A stretch of DNA of 62,935 nt, counting the filler, from Rhabdomonas costata (Eukaryota), in assembly GCA_019059605.1 (NCBI GenBank). It is 56 parts of 56 records of this genome, joined end to end, with 100 filler letters (N's around TTAATTAATTAA, not from the genome) between each part and the next. Parts side by side here need not be neighbours in the genome. Positions count along the whole stretch, not along the records: positions 61,909 to 62,935 come from JAHMHO010032801.1; 55 more parts are not named here. The stretch is one strand, 5' to 3'. Positions 62,041-62,935 of this stretch are shown here, one piece after another. Positions within the stretch are counted from its first letter, which is position 1, and every line of letters begins with the position of its first letter. Position numbers and translations under genes: made by a program. The notes beneath the pieces were generated by a model. The model was not told where the DNA came from, searched no databases, and saw only the letters and a program-made list of their open reading frames with translations.

Positions 62041-62935
62041 CCCGTGCTGCACGACAGGGTTGTGGCGGTGAGGGGTGGGTCCATGAGCATCACCATCACC
62101 CCCATGAACGGCATCCGGAAGAAACACAACGAAAACGGAAAGAAGAATGTGAGGAACCGAAATCCCCTGAAACCTGCTTTGGTGGGTAAGTCATGGACAG
62201 ACGTGGGCGGCTTCGCGATGGTGTCGGCCCGGGTGGTGGTACAGGAACCTGCAAATCCTACAAAGCAGCTTACAAGAGACTGAGCGAGCGTCAAGAGTGG
62301 CGGGGTAAAGGTCAAAGTTTAAAGTTCAATGTGGATAAAGCTCAATGAAAGTTCCAAGATCAAATCAATTCAGCGTGACGGGGTCATAGTTCTAAGGTCA
62401 AAGATCAATTCAACCCCACCATCGACCATGCGGCATTGTAAGAACTATGCAAAGTTTGCGGTGGAGGGACGTTACACCGTAATAATGTCGCCCCCGCGCC
62501 TTTAAACGTGAACTGCATAGTCGGCGTTCGCGCACAGGGTGCCCAACAGTAGCGGCGCCACACAACAGCGGGAAATACTACCCGTGATCACGGGGCAGGC
62601 AAACAGCAAACACAAGCCCACCGGAGTTCGAACAAAAGACCGGAACACAAAATGAAAATGATGGGAGGTGGGAAAGCAAAAACAATGAACTGCGTCCGTC
62701 CACCCCACCCCTCACCACTCCTACCCAGGAGAGGACCACTGCGGAGATGAAAGACCACCACAACCACCCGATAAATAACACCTAAAATACTAAAGAAAAA
62801 GAAATTTTCAGAAATGAAGCCGACCTGCGAAAGATAAGACACACCGAACGCCGCAGGGTACCATCTGTCGGACTGGGAGCCTTAGCCTGCCGGCCCAGTT
62901 TCTCGTCAAACCACCACCCCCCACACACCACACAC

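Overview
This window is not a continuous locus. It is 56 unlinked contigs of about 1.02-1.03 kb, joined by artificial 100-nt spacers (N44-TTAATTAATTAA-N44), so gene neighbourhood across spacers means nothing. Most interpretable contigs are fragments of an intron-rich eukaryotic nuclear genome, probably a flagellate. Articulin-like VPV repeats, GTGYG-type splice donors, CRE-like retroposons and TTAGGG tracts together suggest a euglenid or other euglenozoan, but this is inference. Recognisable spliced fragments include dihydroxy-acid dehydratase (ilvD), SF3A2, PRP40, PP2A B55, a CHD-type SNF2 remodeller, a DHHC palmitoyltransferase, Mpv17/PMP22, TMBIM/LFG, a PDR-type ABCG transporter, ankyrin, PG-rich (SHIPPO) repeat, RIIa-domain and IPT/TIG proteins. 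There is also a NACHT-type STAND fragment, a probable DUF3825 domain, and several degenerate P-loop NTPases. Mobile DNA comprises decayed Ty3/gypsy RT and integrase, two candidate PPT+LTR ends, two CRE-like non-LTR RT relics and a 644-bp tandem or circular unit. One contig (60784-61808) is a bacterial lambda-like prophage terminase locus. G/T-only 5' ends, C/A-only 3' ends and terminal fold-back inverted repeats point to whole-genome-amplification artefacts. I found no supportable multi-gene novel system; the best leads are single-contig oddities. All family calls come from motif recognition by eye, not database searches.
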